Source of the DNA: Paramoeba atlantica
Lineage: Eukaryota > Protista > Discosea
Assembly: GCA_977017575.1 (NCBI GenBank)
Contig: CDRNVI010000062.1
Coordinates: 62,001 to 126,000 of the forward strand
Length of the DNA stretch: 64,000 nucleotides
Reading direction: 5' to 3'
Positions within the stretch are counted from its first letter, which is position 1, and every line of letters begins with the position of its first letter. Below are positions 32,181-44,137 of this stretch, piece by piece. The position numbers and the translations under genes were made by a program. The notes beneath the pieces were generated by a model, which was given only the letters and a program-made list of their open reading frames with translations, had not been told where the DNA came from and searched no databases.

Positions 32181-33084
32181 CAGTAAACGTCACTATTCTC
32201 AGAATGCTCAGTTGTACGTTGACACAGAAAAAACGGCTTTTTTGTCGTTTTTCGTCACTATTCTCAGAATTGGTCTGTTGAACGTTGACAGGCACTTTTT
32301 TATGAGGTCAAATCCCAATTCTCATTTTTAAAAAAGAAAACGTTTCGCAAGAAACACGTTAGCAGCGGAGCAACTGGCCGCTTTGGGTGCACAAAAATGA
32401 CCCCCAGTGATCTCCAACTATCTCCTCGGTTTACGGAGTCGCCGCTCTATCAGTAGAACACCGCGCAGTCAAACAGCGCCAGTTTTCCTTTTGTGTAATA
32501 GCGTTTTGTTTTCAGAAAAACAAAGTTTCATTACTCGTAGTCACTTAAATCAATGTTGTCTTTTCTTTTTTTGGTCTCACTAAGACATTTGTGTGCCAGT
32601 AATAGACCCCCCCCGCAACAGAGATTGGACGATTTTTCGGCTGACCCTCAGTAACAGAGATTTGGTTCGGGAGGGTGGTTGGAGTGGGGGGGGGGGGTTT
32701 GGGCGGGTGGGGGTCGCTGGGCTGGGTGAGGGTGGTTGCGCGGGAGCGAATGGCGTAGTTGCGGGGTTGTCAGGGCAGAAAATCAACGAACTCGTGAGTA
32801 AAAAAGGTTTTTTCCCACCAAAAAAGCATACCCCCCCAGTAACGGAGATTTGGCCATTCGGGTCCAAACTCTCCAGTGAGTGAAGATGAAGCAGTGAGTT
32901 AATCATTGAGAAAACGAAAGCGCTTTTTTTTCAATTCTCATTTTTGAGTGTAAAATTGAATTGAACGTTGACACATGACAGAAGCTCCATTCTCATTTTT
33001 CAAGGTGCATTCTCATTTTAGCCAGTTGTACGTTGACAGCCCAATTCTCATTTTTAGCGACTCTCAGAATAGTGACGTTTACTG
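32181..33084 (-). mobile_element. GAGAAT-repeat TIR element, copy C (TA TSD), containing a truncated 300-bp MITE
   Basis: reverse-complement homologue of 22482-23523. Confidence 0.85.
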
Positions 33085-33263
33085 TATCTCCCTAGTCCAC
33101 TTCAGCCTGGGTATAAAATTTGTCCAATGGTCCAATGGGGCTTGGCGATCCCAATCTCCCAAGCTAACACACGTAGTAAGTCAACGAAACAAGACGCTAA
33201 AGAACTAGGGTAAGTCATATCAGAGAGCAATAGAAAATCATGAGAAAATGAGGAGAAGTGTGC

Positions 33264-35798
33264 TCATGAAGTGAGCTTAGTTAAGACACTTTTTAGCACA
33301 TGGGCCATTCCTGCTCTAACGCTTTTTTCCACCATCAGTTGTAGATGCGAACGATACAGAATTCCACTTAACCATAGTGGGGACCCAGGCTCGGTCTTTG
33401 TACTTTCCGTAACAGAAGTTTCATCCTTTTCTCCCCAAGAGAATTCGCCTACCTCTCGAAATTTCTCAGGAAGAGCCTCGTGCGAGAGCTCCAATGAAAT
33501 CCACACAGGACCGGGGGAACAGCAGGAATCAAAATCCTCTTCACCCGGTCCGCACAACAACCTTTCGTCCTGCAAAAGAGTGAGCATTTGCGCCGGTTTC
33601 TGCAAACGTACCACACGACGCTGGTCCGTGTGGGGGGCTACCCAACGAGCTGCCTCAAAGGTAGGACGCCAGGAAAAAGCTTCATAACCTTGGTGCACGT
33701 TTGATTTGTACAATATCCCCCCCTCTGTTTCCGAACGCTCCTTGATAGAGGTAGGTGGCAATTGTTTGTCTACTGTCGTTACCTCCCTTTCGCCAAGCTT
33801 CGTGTTTGTCCCCTCCACTTCTTTTTCTCGCCCTTCTTTTCTTTTTTCATTGATTTGGAACGCACGAACCCCACACATGGTGATCACCTCCTTGGCCCCT
33901 TTATACACCCAGGCATGAAGCATCACATAGGTGCTAAGGGTAAGGCACATCACCCTTTTGGGTTCCGAGGGAGTGTGGTCGGTGCCATGTACGACGAGAC
34001 AAAGCCCCTGTTCGTGTCGTAGTCTCACGGCATCAAGGCCATAGAAATGTTGAAAATAGTGAATCTCGGATTCGGTGAGATCCCGGTACCGTCGGTACCC
34101 ACCCCAGTGACCGTAAGGGGTGGTTTTAAAAACAGAAAGAGGAGTCACGGTGGAAGGAGAAACCGATGGAGTACTATCGGAGCCATTGGACAAACCAAAT
34201 GGGGGACAAGGCTCTGTGTATCTTCTCCTTTTTTCGTTTCGCACTTCAGGAGAGGAAGGAGGGCAGGTTTCGCCCCCCTCCGAAACCTCCTGCGCGTTGC
34301 GCACAAAAAGGGCGAGAAAAAACCCGCCCGTGTTCTGGGTGTGCGGTAACACCCGACCACACATTCTAACCACTTCGTGGTAGCTCGGCGCATTCTTTTC
34401 ACAATCCTCCCATTTGGCGTTTTCATCCTCTTTATCCGCTATTCTATCCTTTCCAGCCTCCTTTGGCACCGCGAATTTCACATGCGGCAGCATTTCCCGC
34501 ACATTGACCAGCCTCACCGATAAAAACGAGCGTTTCACCTCTTGCAACACCTTCCACACCACCTCCTCGTTCTCTACCGGATTCATACTACACGTGCTGT
34601 ACACCAGCACCCCCCTCTCCTGCAGTCTCTCCAGTCCCCTCCTCAAGATCTCTTGCTGTGTTTTTTGTAAATTTTTTCCATACCCTTCCTCCCATCTCGG
34701 GAGCACCGTATTGTCCTTTCGTGTGGTCCCGTCTCCGGAACATGGCACGTCACACAGAATGCTCGAAAATTTGATAAAACATTTTAAAAGAGTAGAATAT
34801 AAAAAAGGAAAACGACGAGCGTCCCCGCGGGTACAAAACACCCACGGGCTCTGGGCTCTTTTGAGTCGAGCCGGGAGAAGCTGTGTCGCCTTGGTGTGGT
34901 CTTTTTCGTTGCACACCAAAACACCCTTTTTTTGAATTCCCAAAAGAGAATCTAAAAAATGAAGGGATTTGGATCCCGGAGAGGCGCAAAGGTCGAGGGA
35001 AAAGGAATAGAGAAAAGAAGCAGGAAGAGAGGGCGTTTTTGTGTTTGGAGAGGAAGGTAGAGGGAAAAGATCGTTTTTTTCGGAGAGCGGATGAAATGCA
35101 GATGTGCTGAAATTCGAATCCTCCCTTTTTACGTCTATCGAAGAAGACACAGATAATGGATGGCTTTTTTCAAGAGGAGAGGAATGTCCGGAAATAAGAT
35201 GATTCGAAGGACTTATTTTTGTACCCATTGGAGAAGGCACCGACGAAACATCCCCTTTTTCAGGGGAAGAATTATCTCCGGAAGTAGGACGCTCCGAATC
35301 ATCTACTTTCGTCTCCATCGAAGTGGGCCCGGACAAACCATAAGTCGATGGCAGCTCCGATAAGGAACGAGTAGCGGAGAGCAGTAAGTTCACTGGTAAC
35401 ATTGAGACGGCCTCCTGAAATGTCAACAGACCGGCACTGTGGAGTGTAGTCACCGTTTCATGGGTGTTGGGTTCGTCAAACTTTGTGTTGCTACAAGAAA
35501 CGGCATGGGAAGGGAAGACACAACAAAGCGGCGTCAGATGGTGCGTCTGGACAAGGATGTGACACACGAGCCAGTGCCAGGGATGGGAGAGGGTCAGACG
35601 AGCGGTCATGGGGAGCGGCTCCGTGAGCATGTGGAGAAAGTTTTCCCACTCGGCAGGAGAGTGGATAAAGTGGTCCAGAACGATTCGGTAGTACGACAGA
35701 AAAGACTCCGAGGGGGCGACCACAGCGATGTTGCGACGGCGTGAAAGACGTTCGTCTCGCTGAGAGGCGTAGAGGGAAGGGGTGCTCTCGGAAGCCAT
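33264..35798 (-). CDS. NSUN2: tRNA (cytosine-5)-methyltransferase NSUN2/Trm4 family
   Basis: LDLCASPGSKS, ILCDVPCSGDGT.RK, VYSTCSMNPVENEEVV, RVLPHTQNTGGFF. Confidence 0.9.
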   Translation of the reverse strand: MASESTPSLYASQRDERLSRRRNIAVVAPSESFLSYYRIVLDHFIHSPAEWENFLHMLTEPLPMTARLTLSHPWHWLVCHILVQTHHLTPLCCVFPSHAVSCSNTKFDEPNTHETVTTLHSAGLLTFQEAVSMLPVNLLLSATRSLSELPSTYGLSGPTSMETKVDDSERPTSGDNSSPEKGDVSSVPSPMGTKISPSNHLISGHSSPLEKSHPLSVSSSIDVKREDSNFSTSAFHPLSEKNDLFPLPSSPNTKTPSLPASFLYSFSLDLCASPGSKSLHFLDSLLGIQKKGVLVCNEKDHTKATQLLPARLKRAQSPWVFCTRGDARRFPFLYSTLLKCFIKFSSILCDVPCSGDGTTRKDNTVLPRWEEGYGKNLQKTQQEILRRGLERLQERGVLVYSTCSMNPVENEEVVWKVLQEVKRSFLSVRLVNVREMLPHVKFAVPKEAGKDRIADKEDENAKWEDCEKNAPSYHEVVRMCGRVLPHTQNTGGFFLALFVRNAQEVSEGGETCPPSSPEVRNEKRRRYTEPCPPFGLSNGSDSTPSVSPSTVTPLSVFKTTPYGHWGGYRRYRDLTESEIHYFQHFYGLDAVRLRHEQGLCLVVHGTDHTPSEPKRVMCLTLSTYVMLHAWVYKGAKEVITMCGVRAFQINEKRKEGREKEVEGTNTKLGEREVTTVDKQLPPTSIKERSETEGGILYKSNVHQGYEAFSWRPTFEAARWVAPHTDQRRVVRLQKPAQMLTLLQDERLLCGPGEEDFDSCCSPGPVWISLELSHEALPEKFREVGEFSWGEKDETSVTESTKTEPGSPLWLSGILYRSHLQLMVEKSVRAGMAHVLKSVLTKLTS

Positions 35799-36169
35799 TT
35801 TATGGAGATCCCAGAAAGGTTTCTTACGGAGTGTAGTTTGAAACTATTTTTGTAGACTTCAATTTTTTTGAGTGACCCAAGAAATACGAAAATGTAGCTT
35901 TTGTTCTTATCCGCGAAATGATTCCTGCAAAAATATCCGGCAAAAAAGTACCCTAAATTGACCCTTTTTTTGAGAAAAAAAATATTTTTTGTTTTGTTTT
36001 TTACAATTGTTTTTCTTATTTTTGAGTACATACAGGGGTGTCAACTTCCATCTGGGGGGGTCTAAAATTTGTAAAACTTGGCCAAGTTCTTAACTTTTTA
36101 CCAGAGCTTGATCTTTCGCCTTGACGTGGCGCTCTGAATTAACACCCCTTTCGAGCATAAGGCCGAAGG

Positions 36170-36480
36170 CATGCAGGCCAAGGCCAAAAGTGTCCTTCAA
36201 GGCCCACCTCAAGACCAGTCGGCTAAAGATCCGCGACGCAACCTTTGCGAGGCGGCCCTAGGGAAAACTCCGCCCACCACGCAACTGGTCTGCATGCGGC
36301 AGATTCAGAACGTTCATTCCACAAAGTGGATGAATGCGTGGCCCAACCGGCCGGAATACTACATACGGGACCCGTAGTGCGAGACTGCGGCCCGTCTCCG
36401 GTACTTGGTCGCCCCTACCTCGTAGCCTGAGCTCCAGTGCGTGTGCGGTGCAATCCTCCGCAACGAGGAGTTTCGGGCCC
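36170..36480 (+). pseudogene. Probable CRE/SLACS-type LINE C-terminal relic
   Basis: WMNAWPNRPEYYIRDP*CETAARLRYLVAP..LQCVCG resembles the W..P..A.RLR..C.CG segment before the REL domain; in-frame stops. Confidence 0.45.
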
Positions 36481-37959
36481 AGAGATTTTTGGATAAGTCA
36501 GCCCTTTGAACAGTTTTTTCGATAAGTACGCCACTTATCCAAAAAATCCCGATTTTGGACCAAAAATGACAGATAACTAAGGGCGGGGTCACGGTATGTC
36601 CGCTCCTGTTGCTGGGAGGGGGGGGGGTAGGTATACTAAGTGGGCATGGGTATACGATCCTGGAACATGGTTTATTATTCACTGTTATATAGCGCTTCTT
36701 TCTGGGTACAAACGTGTTTTGGAGAAAGAGACTTTTGTCGAGAATTAAACTTGAGTTGTTGAAAATTCCAAAGGCTTTGAGTCCAAAAAAGATTTTCGCA
36801 TATTTTGGTCAAAGAGTGCAAATTTTGGGAGCCCATCACGGCTGCAATAAAGGGCATCTTGCGAAAAAACGTCGTAGAAGGCTAGTAGAGGTCCCAAACT
36901 CTCGAAATACTATAGGGGAAACGCTTTTGAAATTCACGGTATGCTAATTCTCAAATTAACTCAAACATTTGATTTATTTTACTGGAAACACGACATTTCG
37001 CGTTCCAACAGTCTGCCAAAGATACCGGCCTAAATTATTTGAAAGAAACTAATCTAAGACCTCGAAGTAACTTTAGTGTCCGAAATACAAACGCGTTGCG
37101 CAGCTACGAATTTGGACTTGTCAATTACTATATAACTCTTCGTTCCCGCGCAGCGACAGTCGCAAGCCTCCTTTGAGTAAGCAGCTCGCAATTTAGCGGC
37201 TGCGCTGTAGCCTGGTTCAGCTCAGATGAAACAACTACGTGAAATGGTTTATTCATTCCCGTTCGCTCGAATTCCGAAGGAATTAGTTCGAAAGGTCTTA
37301 CGCCACTCTCTGTGGCCTGATTAGATTATCGTGACCTGGACTATACAAGCAAAAAGGAATAGAAGTAAAAGGGTAAAAAATGATAATCGAGGATAAGTTT
37401 ACAAGGTGCGCAAAGTTTATTTACTGAGATCTGCAAAATACCACAAGATTTAGATCAAACTCACCATACTGATTTTAGTGGGGGTGTCTTATCGTGTCGA
37501 AGGGTTTATACAGTATATTATTACAATGACTGATATACGAAAAGGACTTTCCTGAAACCGCTCGTCTTCTAAAAGCGCATTCAAACCCCCCGAAAATCTA
37601 GGAAAAGGGAGAACGTGCAAATTCATAAATCTAACAAACCAATAAGTAAAACCATAAATGAAGACCATGTTATGTTTTAATCACTCTTACAGATGTACTT
37701 CGTACTTTCCATTATATATTATCGAGCCTAGACATATATTTTCCAAAACGAAATGGAGAGGAATAATTATTACCATATCTTATCGTAGGTAAACTCATTT
37801 TTTGCCCATGATGTCCTTAATTCTCCTTCATATAACGATGTTTGTTTTATTGCATAATGCTAAAGCTACAATGATATGCATTGTACTATTTTTCATAAGA
37901 TTTCCATTTTATCAACTAGGTTGCGAAGAACTATTCGGCCCTCGAATACACCGACACGC

Positions 37960-38466
37960 TTAATTCTTCTTCTGCACCAGCTTTTCAATGAGTGCGTTAC
38001 CCTTCTTACGGAATTGCGCTGCCTCAACTGAAAGTGCCTTGCGTTGAGCGGCTGACAACTTCTGGTATTTGGCAGATACTTTCTTTGCCGCCGCGCGGAA
38101 ACAAGCCTTAGGTTTCGTGTGGTTTCCCTTCTCCGCCTTGTATATCGATGGTAAGGTACGCTTTAAGAACAAGCCATAAGGACGGTAGCGTGCGCTTTTC
38201 ACTTGTGAGACGAGCGCTTTCTTTTGTTTCATATTCTCAGCAGCAATCTTGCTGAGGGACTGAACTTGAGCAGGAGGCAACCTTTTAAAAGCGGCATGTG
38301 CTCCGGTGAGTTTTTTTGGGCCACCCTTTTTACCTTTGAAAAATTTTGACATAAATACACGCAGCGCACTTGTCGGTGCTGATTTTCCAGCCCATGGCTT
38401 ATTGATAACTTTACGACGAAGCTTTGCGATGTTATTCGCGAGGTTTGGAAGCGCACGAGAAAACAT
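37960..38466 (-). CDS. KAP/ABF2-like HMG protein, copy 2, 168 aa
   Basis: intact ORF MFSRALPNLANNIAKLRR. Confidence 0.75.
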   Translation of the reverse strand: MFSRALPNLANNIAKLRRKVINKPWAGKSAPTSALRVFMSKFFKGKKGGPKKLTGAHAAFKRLPPAQVQSLSKIAAENMKQKKALVSQVKSARYRPYGLFLKRTLPSIYKAEKGNHTKPKACFRAAAKKVSAKYQKLSAAQRKALSVEAAQFRKKGNALIEKLVQKKN

Positions 38467-38643
38467 TATAAGTAGAAAGACAGGGAAAAAGATAATCTGG
38501 GTAATATGCAGTCAAACTTTACCCTAAATTTCATTTTTTTTTACTTTTTTTTGTCAAAAAAATATGTGTGATTAATTATTTACTTGATAGTTTTGAGTCA
38601 TTTTCACCCACTTTTAAGCTTTGTTTACGTCTTAAACCATTGA

Positions 38644-39927
38644 ATGGACTGCTCAGGGTGTAGAACTTTTGCATGCTTGACGCTAGTTACGTCAATTTTG
38701 CAAATAACGTCAGAGAATGTTGTTTCCTGGCTAGTAAATCACTCTTTCGGGGCTTATACACAGTGTCTTCGCTGCAAAGAGAAACCAAGAAGCGATCAAT
38801 GCTTCAAAAAACTCGAAGACGGTTCGAAGTGCCGCCTAAAAATTCCGAAATTTGGCCCCTTTTTTCCTTTAAACTGTCGAATTGTTGATAAATTTCGATG
38901 TTGGCTGCTTCTAGCGCAAGGTAACCTGCCCTTGAACGCAGCTTTGCAAGCGCTCAGGTCTCTTCGTTCAGTTCTTACAGACCTAAGTGAAATTGAACGC
39001 ATATTCAGCATTCCCCGTTCCCCGCACATGCTCATGAAGTACGTTATGGTGGATGAGACATACATTGGGAAACGCCTGCACCATCGCGGGAGACAAGTCC
39101 GCAAACAAAAGTTCTGGTTTATGACGGCTACAGAGGTTGATCCAAACACCGGGAAATCATTGCAAACATACTGGGAGGCAACGGTTCGCTGAATGAGAGA
39201 GGTTTGCCACAGGTTTGTCCGATCAGTCATAGAAAATCGAAATGCCATGGTAATTACTGATGAGTGGGCTGCATATCGTGGAATCGATGCCTTTTGCCGA
39301 CATTACACTATTTGCCACGCTGATGCATTCTCGCGAGAGCACTCCCCGCACGTCAACATTCATATCAACAACGCAGAGTCTGCCCATGCCAGTGTAAAGG
39401 GTTACTGCAAGCGTTTTTTTCACAAATGGGGCAGAAGTTTGGAAAGCTGTCAGGCACGAGCGCATTTAATTTGCACGGTCTTCTTCAAGGCGGAAGCTAA
39501 AAAGCGTTTTCAGAACCTTATGACTGTTATGGCGAGATACTCCTCTGACAATAGCGCGGTATACGGAGATCAGTCAAATGAAGAAGATGCGGAAGTTTCC
39601 AGTGACTCTAGTGAGGACCTTCAGGAAGATTATGAAAGCCCAACCACGCGACTAGGTCGAGCGCTCACTGAACATATAAGACTCAAACGCAGATATGGAA
39701 GGTATGAAATGGGATTCCACAAGTATGTGATAAAAAGTGCCACTGACCGCCACTACACTATTTATGTTGGTCCTGGTGGTGCTCGACGCACTTGCCGTGA
39801 CGGACGTCTGGGCAATCGATGTAAGCATATATATTTCATTTTGATGCGGGAACTTGGGGTGGATGAAAACCATTCAGTTCTATTAAAATCGGAATTTTCA
39901 TCAGAAGACCTATCGAATTTGTTGTAG
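38644..39927 (+). pseudogene. Merlin/ISXO2 (IS1595-like) transposase fused in frame to a SWIM zinc-finger segment; one in-frame TGA
   Basis: VDETYIGKR.HHRGR, ITDEWAAY, HYTICH, HINNAES; TGA at 39190-39192 in a continuous frame; C-terminal YTIYVG..TCRD..CKHIYFIL. Confidence 0.85.
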
Positions 39928-40089
39928 ACGAGGCAGAAATTATCGGTAAATCGTCTTATTTATATGCAAATTTGCGTAAAAACAAAAAAGGAACACATAT
40001 GTGATGGAAATATACAGTTTTTAGAAAAAACAAATTTAGGGTACATTTTGACTGCAGTTGACCCGATAATCTTGTAGGATATAAATTAC

Positions 40090-40450
40090 GTTTACTTTCT
40101 TTTTGCTTTTATGTGGAAAAAAGAGCTCTTAGATGTAGTTTATCGGTAACCCGGGGAACGGTATATTATTCAAATCGGAATTTGAATAATACTGTTACAC
40201 TGCCGACTAATATTATTGAGTTTTTAATTATAGGCAAAGCTATGCAACTTTTAATTAAAAAATCAATAATTTTTGTGCCAATAATTTTTGTAGAAATTTG
40301 TACATATCGACAAACAATAGAAGTTGTTAGTAGAGGGGCGGAAAAACCCAAAATTAGGTCAAAAGTTATATTTGCTCTCAAAAAGATTCAAGAATTTTTA
40401 CGGGGAAGAAAGTTGTTTTTCACCAAAAAATTATTATACCTAGGAGGTAC
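40090..40450 (+). repeat. AT-rich dispersed repeat; direct copy at 42555-42920, inverted copy at 48700-48920
   Basis: near-identical sequence beginning with the CCCGGGGAACGGTATATTATTCAA terminus. Confidence 0.85.
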
Positions 40451-40453
40451 AAT

Positions 40454-40570
40454 GGTGAGTATGTAGTTAGTATCTGTAGGCATGTGTGTGTTTCTGTAAA
40501 TTTCTGTGAATCGCTGTGAGTCGCTGTGAGTATTTTTTTGCGACGATAAATGGCGATCTAGAGACTCACC
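40454..40570. mobile_element. 117-bp MITE (GGTGAGT TIR) with AAT duplication
   Basis: absent from the paralogous site near 42915 (GGTACAATAGGTG), which acts as the empty site. Confidence 0.7.
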
Positions 40571-40600
40571 AATAGGTGTTCCTATAGTACGGGTAATAAT

Positions 40601-42490
40601 TTGCGTGTGCTGAAGGAGAGATGCGCTCTTCTTAAGGATGGTGAGTGGGGAAACTTGATTCCGAGTTCATCAACATGCTACAGGGGGGCGCAAGTAGGGA
40701 ACGCCCTCGGCGGATTTAGAAAAACGTTCAGTTTTTTGTATGTTGGTGGACATTTGGGTTCTCCATTTTCTCCGTGGTCTCCCGCAGGGGGTTGAGTACG
40801 TGTGCGTCGATAGCCTGTATCAAGCAGTCGTTGGGGATACTTTGATCCGCAACAGTCTTCGGCGTCGTGGTAGCAAGGATGACTTTTATGGGAGGTGTTT
40901 GTCACCACTGGGTTGTGATTTATTGGTGAGAAAAGTACAAACATGCATTGGTTCCCCTGAGAAAGTTTCTATGTATTGTATATTATTATGCTGTATATGT
41001 ATCCCTTCCCTCATCTCCCACCACCCCGCTCGGAACAGGTTCCGAGTCCCCATGCGCTGCAGGACCCTACTACGGGACCACGCGGCGTGCCTTCACTATC
41101 CGGCGACACCGGTACTTCTGCGCGTAGGAGGCTTCCATATACCGGAAGTCTCCCACACGGCGAGCAAACACGTTGTATGCGTGTTCTAGAGGATGTTCTA
41201 TGCACCTCTCTTGCTCACCAGACGTGGCGGATTCTGTGGGACCCCGATGCTCATGATGCATCATGAACCATGACTCCATTTGCCAGCATGCATCCATGGC
41301 CCTGACCATGTTGTATCATGAAGCATGGAAGTCATTTGTAGCATGTACGATGGGAATACCATCCGCGTCCCACAAATCCGTATATCTTCCCTGGCAGGAC
41401 TACGCTCTCCTCCCGTCTCGGGACCTCTTATCCCGATGAAGCCGTTCTTTTCGTTTCCCCAGGGGGGTATGCCGTGCTTTTCCCGGTGTCGTAGAGTGAG
41501 GCGACAGGTTCAGCAGGGAGCGCCCTTTGCGTCACCCCTGCTGATCCCAGTATCTCTACAGGTTTTCGCCCTGTATGAATAAAACCAAATATCTGAATCC
41601 ACGTTCAAGCACTATGTGCGCGGCAACAATACACGGGAGCGAGCAAATTTTGCGAAAAAAAACATGATAATTGTTCATGACTTAGCTGTATGAAGGTGAC
41701 AGATATTGTCTTTGTAAAAAGAAAAAGGTGTAGAAAGAAGAAGGAAGACACGCGGAAAGATTTCCAAGAAAGAGAAATGTAAATGCGTAATAATGTTTAT
41801 TCATTTCACGCAGACTGTATTCATGCTTCACAGCTCAGGGCTTAACATAGACTTCTTTGCTTCATTAAGCACAGGAGACTCCACTATACGGGGAAAAATC
41901 GCAAATGGTGATACTCCGCTAGCCATTCTAAGTAATGTGGTTCTAAGTAAGAGGAAAGTTCTTGCCCTGCCTTTCTATAGTACAAACGCCATATACGTCA
42001 CTAATTATAAAACTACTGAACAGTGGTCCTCTTGGAGAAGTAGCACCTCCACCGATAGCAGAGGGCTCGACGGGAAAGCGTTGGGTGCAGTACTTGTCGT
42101 ATCTGGTGTCTTGCGGGGCGTTGGAGGATTTCAAGGCCAACAATGCTAGCGAAACTATTCCGATCTTCGCTAATTACTTGGCAGTGTTTAACACCGAAGA
42201 TAGCGCAAGAGCTATTCTGGATATGCGCGCTCTAAATGCTCTTACAACGTCAGATGGTGTACCCTTCTCTATATGTAGTGCGCCATACTTTATTGGCGTA
42301 CTCCGCAGTCTGGATTTCACAAGGTTTAAATTGCGAACTGTCCACGCGGACATATCCAATGCATAGTATCAAAAACCAATTGGTAAACCATTTCGAAAGC
42401 GTCGTTGTGTCCTCCGTGGCCAGCAAATTTTACAATGTACCGTGCTTCCTATGGGTTATAAATATTCATGTGGAATACAGGGGGGAAATT
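40601..42490 (+). mobile_element. Decayed VIPER/TATE/DIRS-like tyrosine-recombinase retrotransposon
   Basis: RT relic ARAILDMRALN..ADISNA*YQ..VLPMGYKYS (about 42200-42470); upstream YR-like relic TCYRGAQV..NSLRRRG..SPEKVSMY (weaker). Confidence 0.65.
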
Positions 42491-43834
42491 AAGTTGTGTC
42501 AACAAAAATCGTGTTATTTTCTGGGATAGGCAAACTCATTTTTTGCCCACGATGTCACGTTTACTTTCTTTTTGCTTTTATGTGGAAAAAAGAGCTCTTA
42601 GCTGCAGTTTATCGGTAACCCGGGGAACGGTATATTATTCAAATCGGAATTTGAATAATACTGTTACACTGCCGACTAATATTATTGAGTTTTTAATTAT
42701 AGGCAAAGCTATGCAACTTTTAATTAAAAAATCAATAATTTTTGTGCCAATAATTTTTGTAGAAATTTGTACATATCGACAAACAATAGAAGTTGTTAGT
42801 AGAGGGGCGGAAAAACCCAAAAGTAGGTCAAAAGTTTTTGTTTGCTCTCAAAAAGATTCAAGAATTTTTATGGGGAAGAAAGTTGTTTTTCACCAAAAAA
42901 TTATTATACCTAGGAGGTACAATAGGTGTTCCTAGGTAAAATAACCCGGACGGTGGTTTGCATCTCTCTAATCTTGTCAAATGCGTTGCGAAGGGCAGGT
43001 TATTAAATGGTCATTAAGTGAGGGGATGCGGGTGTGATCTCGCATGATCTCACGACCGGGTGTTGACATAAAGCCAATCTCGATCCTCCTGCGTCAAATC
43101 TTCTCATAAAATTTGAGTTTTTGTGCAAAATCTATGCCACTCTTCTCTAAAAAGTGGTTGCCAAGATCAGACCTCATGAGAAATTCAAAAACTGACCACA
43201 AAGATAAAAAAATGTTTCTCGCCTAAAATTGACAACTTTTAAATAGAAAAACAATAAATTTTGTACCATGAAATTTAGCGATAAGAATTTTTGGCTTGGG
43301 TGTATTAGAATAATATAGTGTTATGCGGCTCTATTTGAATAATATAACGTTATTTGAATACTATAGTGTTAATTTGAATACTATAGTGTTAATTTGAATA
43401 AAATAGTTGTGAGTAGCGAAAAATGCGGTTTTGGTGGATGATAAAGCAAAGGTTTGTCTAAAATCCTGTCCATAATGCCAAAAATTGGCGATTTGAATAT
43501 TATACGGTTATTTGAATTAAATATAATTCATACTATATAATATAATTTAACTATAATTTATATAGTGTTAATTTGAATAAAATAGTTGTGAGTAGCGAAA
43601 AATGCGGTTTTGGTGTATGATAAAGCAAAGGTTTGTCTAAAATCCGGTCCATCATGCGAAAAATTGGCGATTTGAATATTATACCGTTATTTGAATAATA
43701 TAGTGTTAATTTGAATAATATAGTGTAATTTGAATAATGTAGCGCTATTGAATAATATACCGTTCCCCGGGCTACATGAAGTATCGGAACTCCAAGATAC
43801 GGTACTCGCGTTGTCAGGTTGACGAGACTAATTT

Positions 43835-44137
43835 ATGGATCCGGAAGTACAACCACGTAGAACTCGTAAGAAACCAACGTGGGTATTGACTCTTACGGAA
43901 GTTGCAAGGAACGGTAAATCGGTAAGCACTGTATGGTTATACGTAAACGATCGAAATAAAGAAATCATGGAGCGGGTGATCAGGGTGCATACATTGGACA
44001 ACCAACGTACCATAGTAACTACAGACGGGTGGAAAAGATACTCGAATGTTATTTCATTTTGCGATCACTTTACTGTGAACCATTCCAGTAAAGGTCGAAG
44101 AGTCATGTCATTCAGCAGTAGAGCGGGCTATACGTAA
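43835..44137 (+). pseudogene. Merlin/ISXO2 transposase fragment
   Basis: RKKPTWVL..VNDRNKEIMERVI..IVTTDGWKRY..HFTVNHS. Confidence 0.8.

Noticed and set aside
39190-39192. Stop-codon reassignment suggested by in-frame stops (39190, 42364, 53291, 23.5-24.2 kb)
   Set aside because: Conserved host genes have no internal stops and end in TAA, TAG and TGA; the in-frame stops occur only in decaying elements and fit single substitutions
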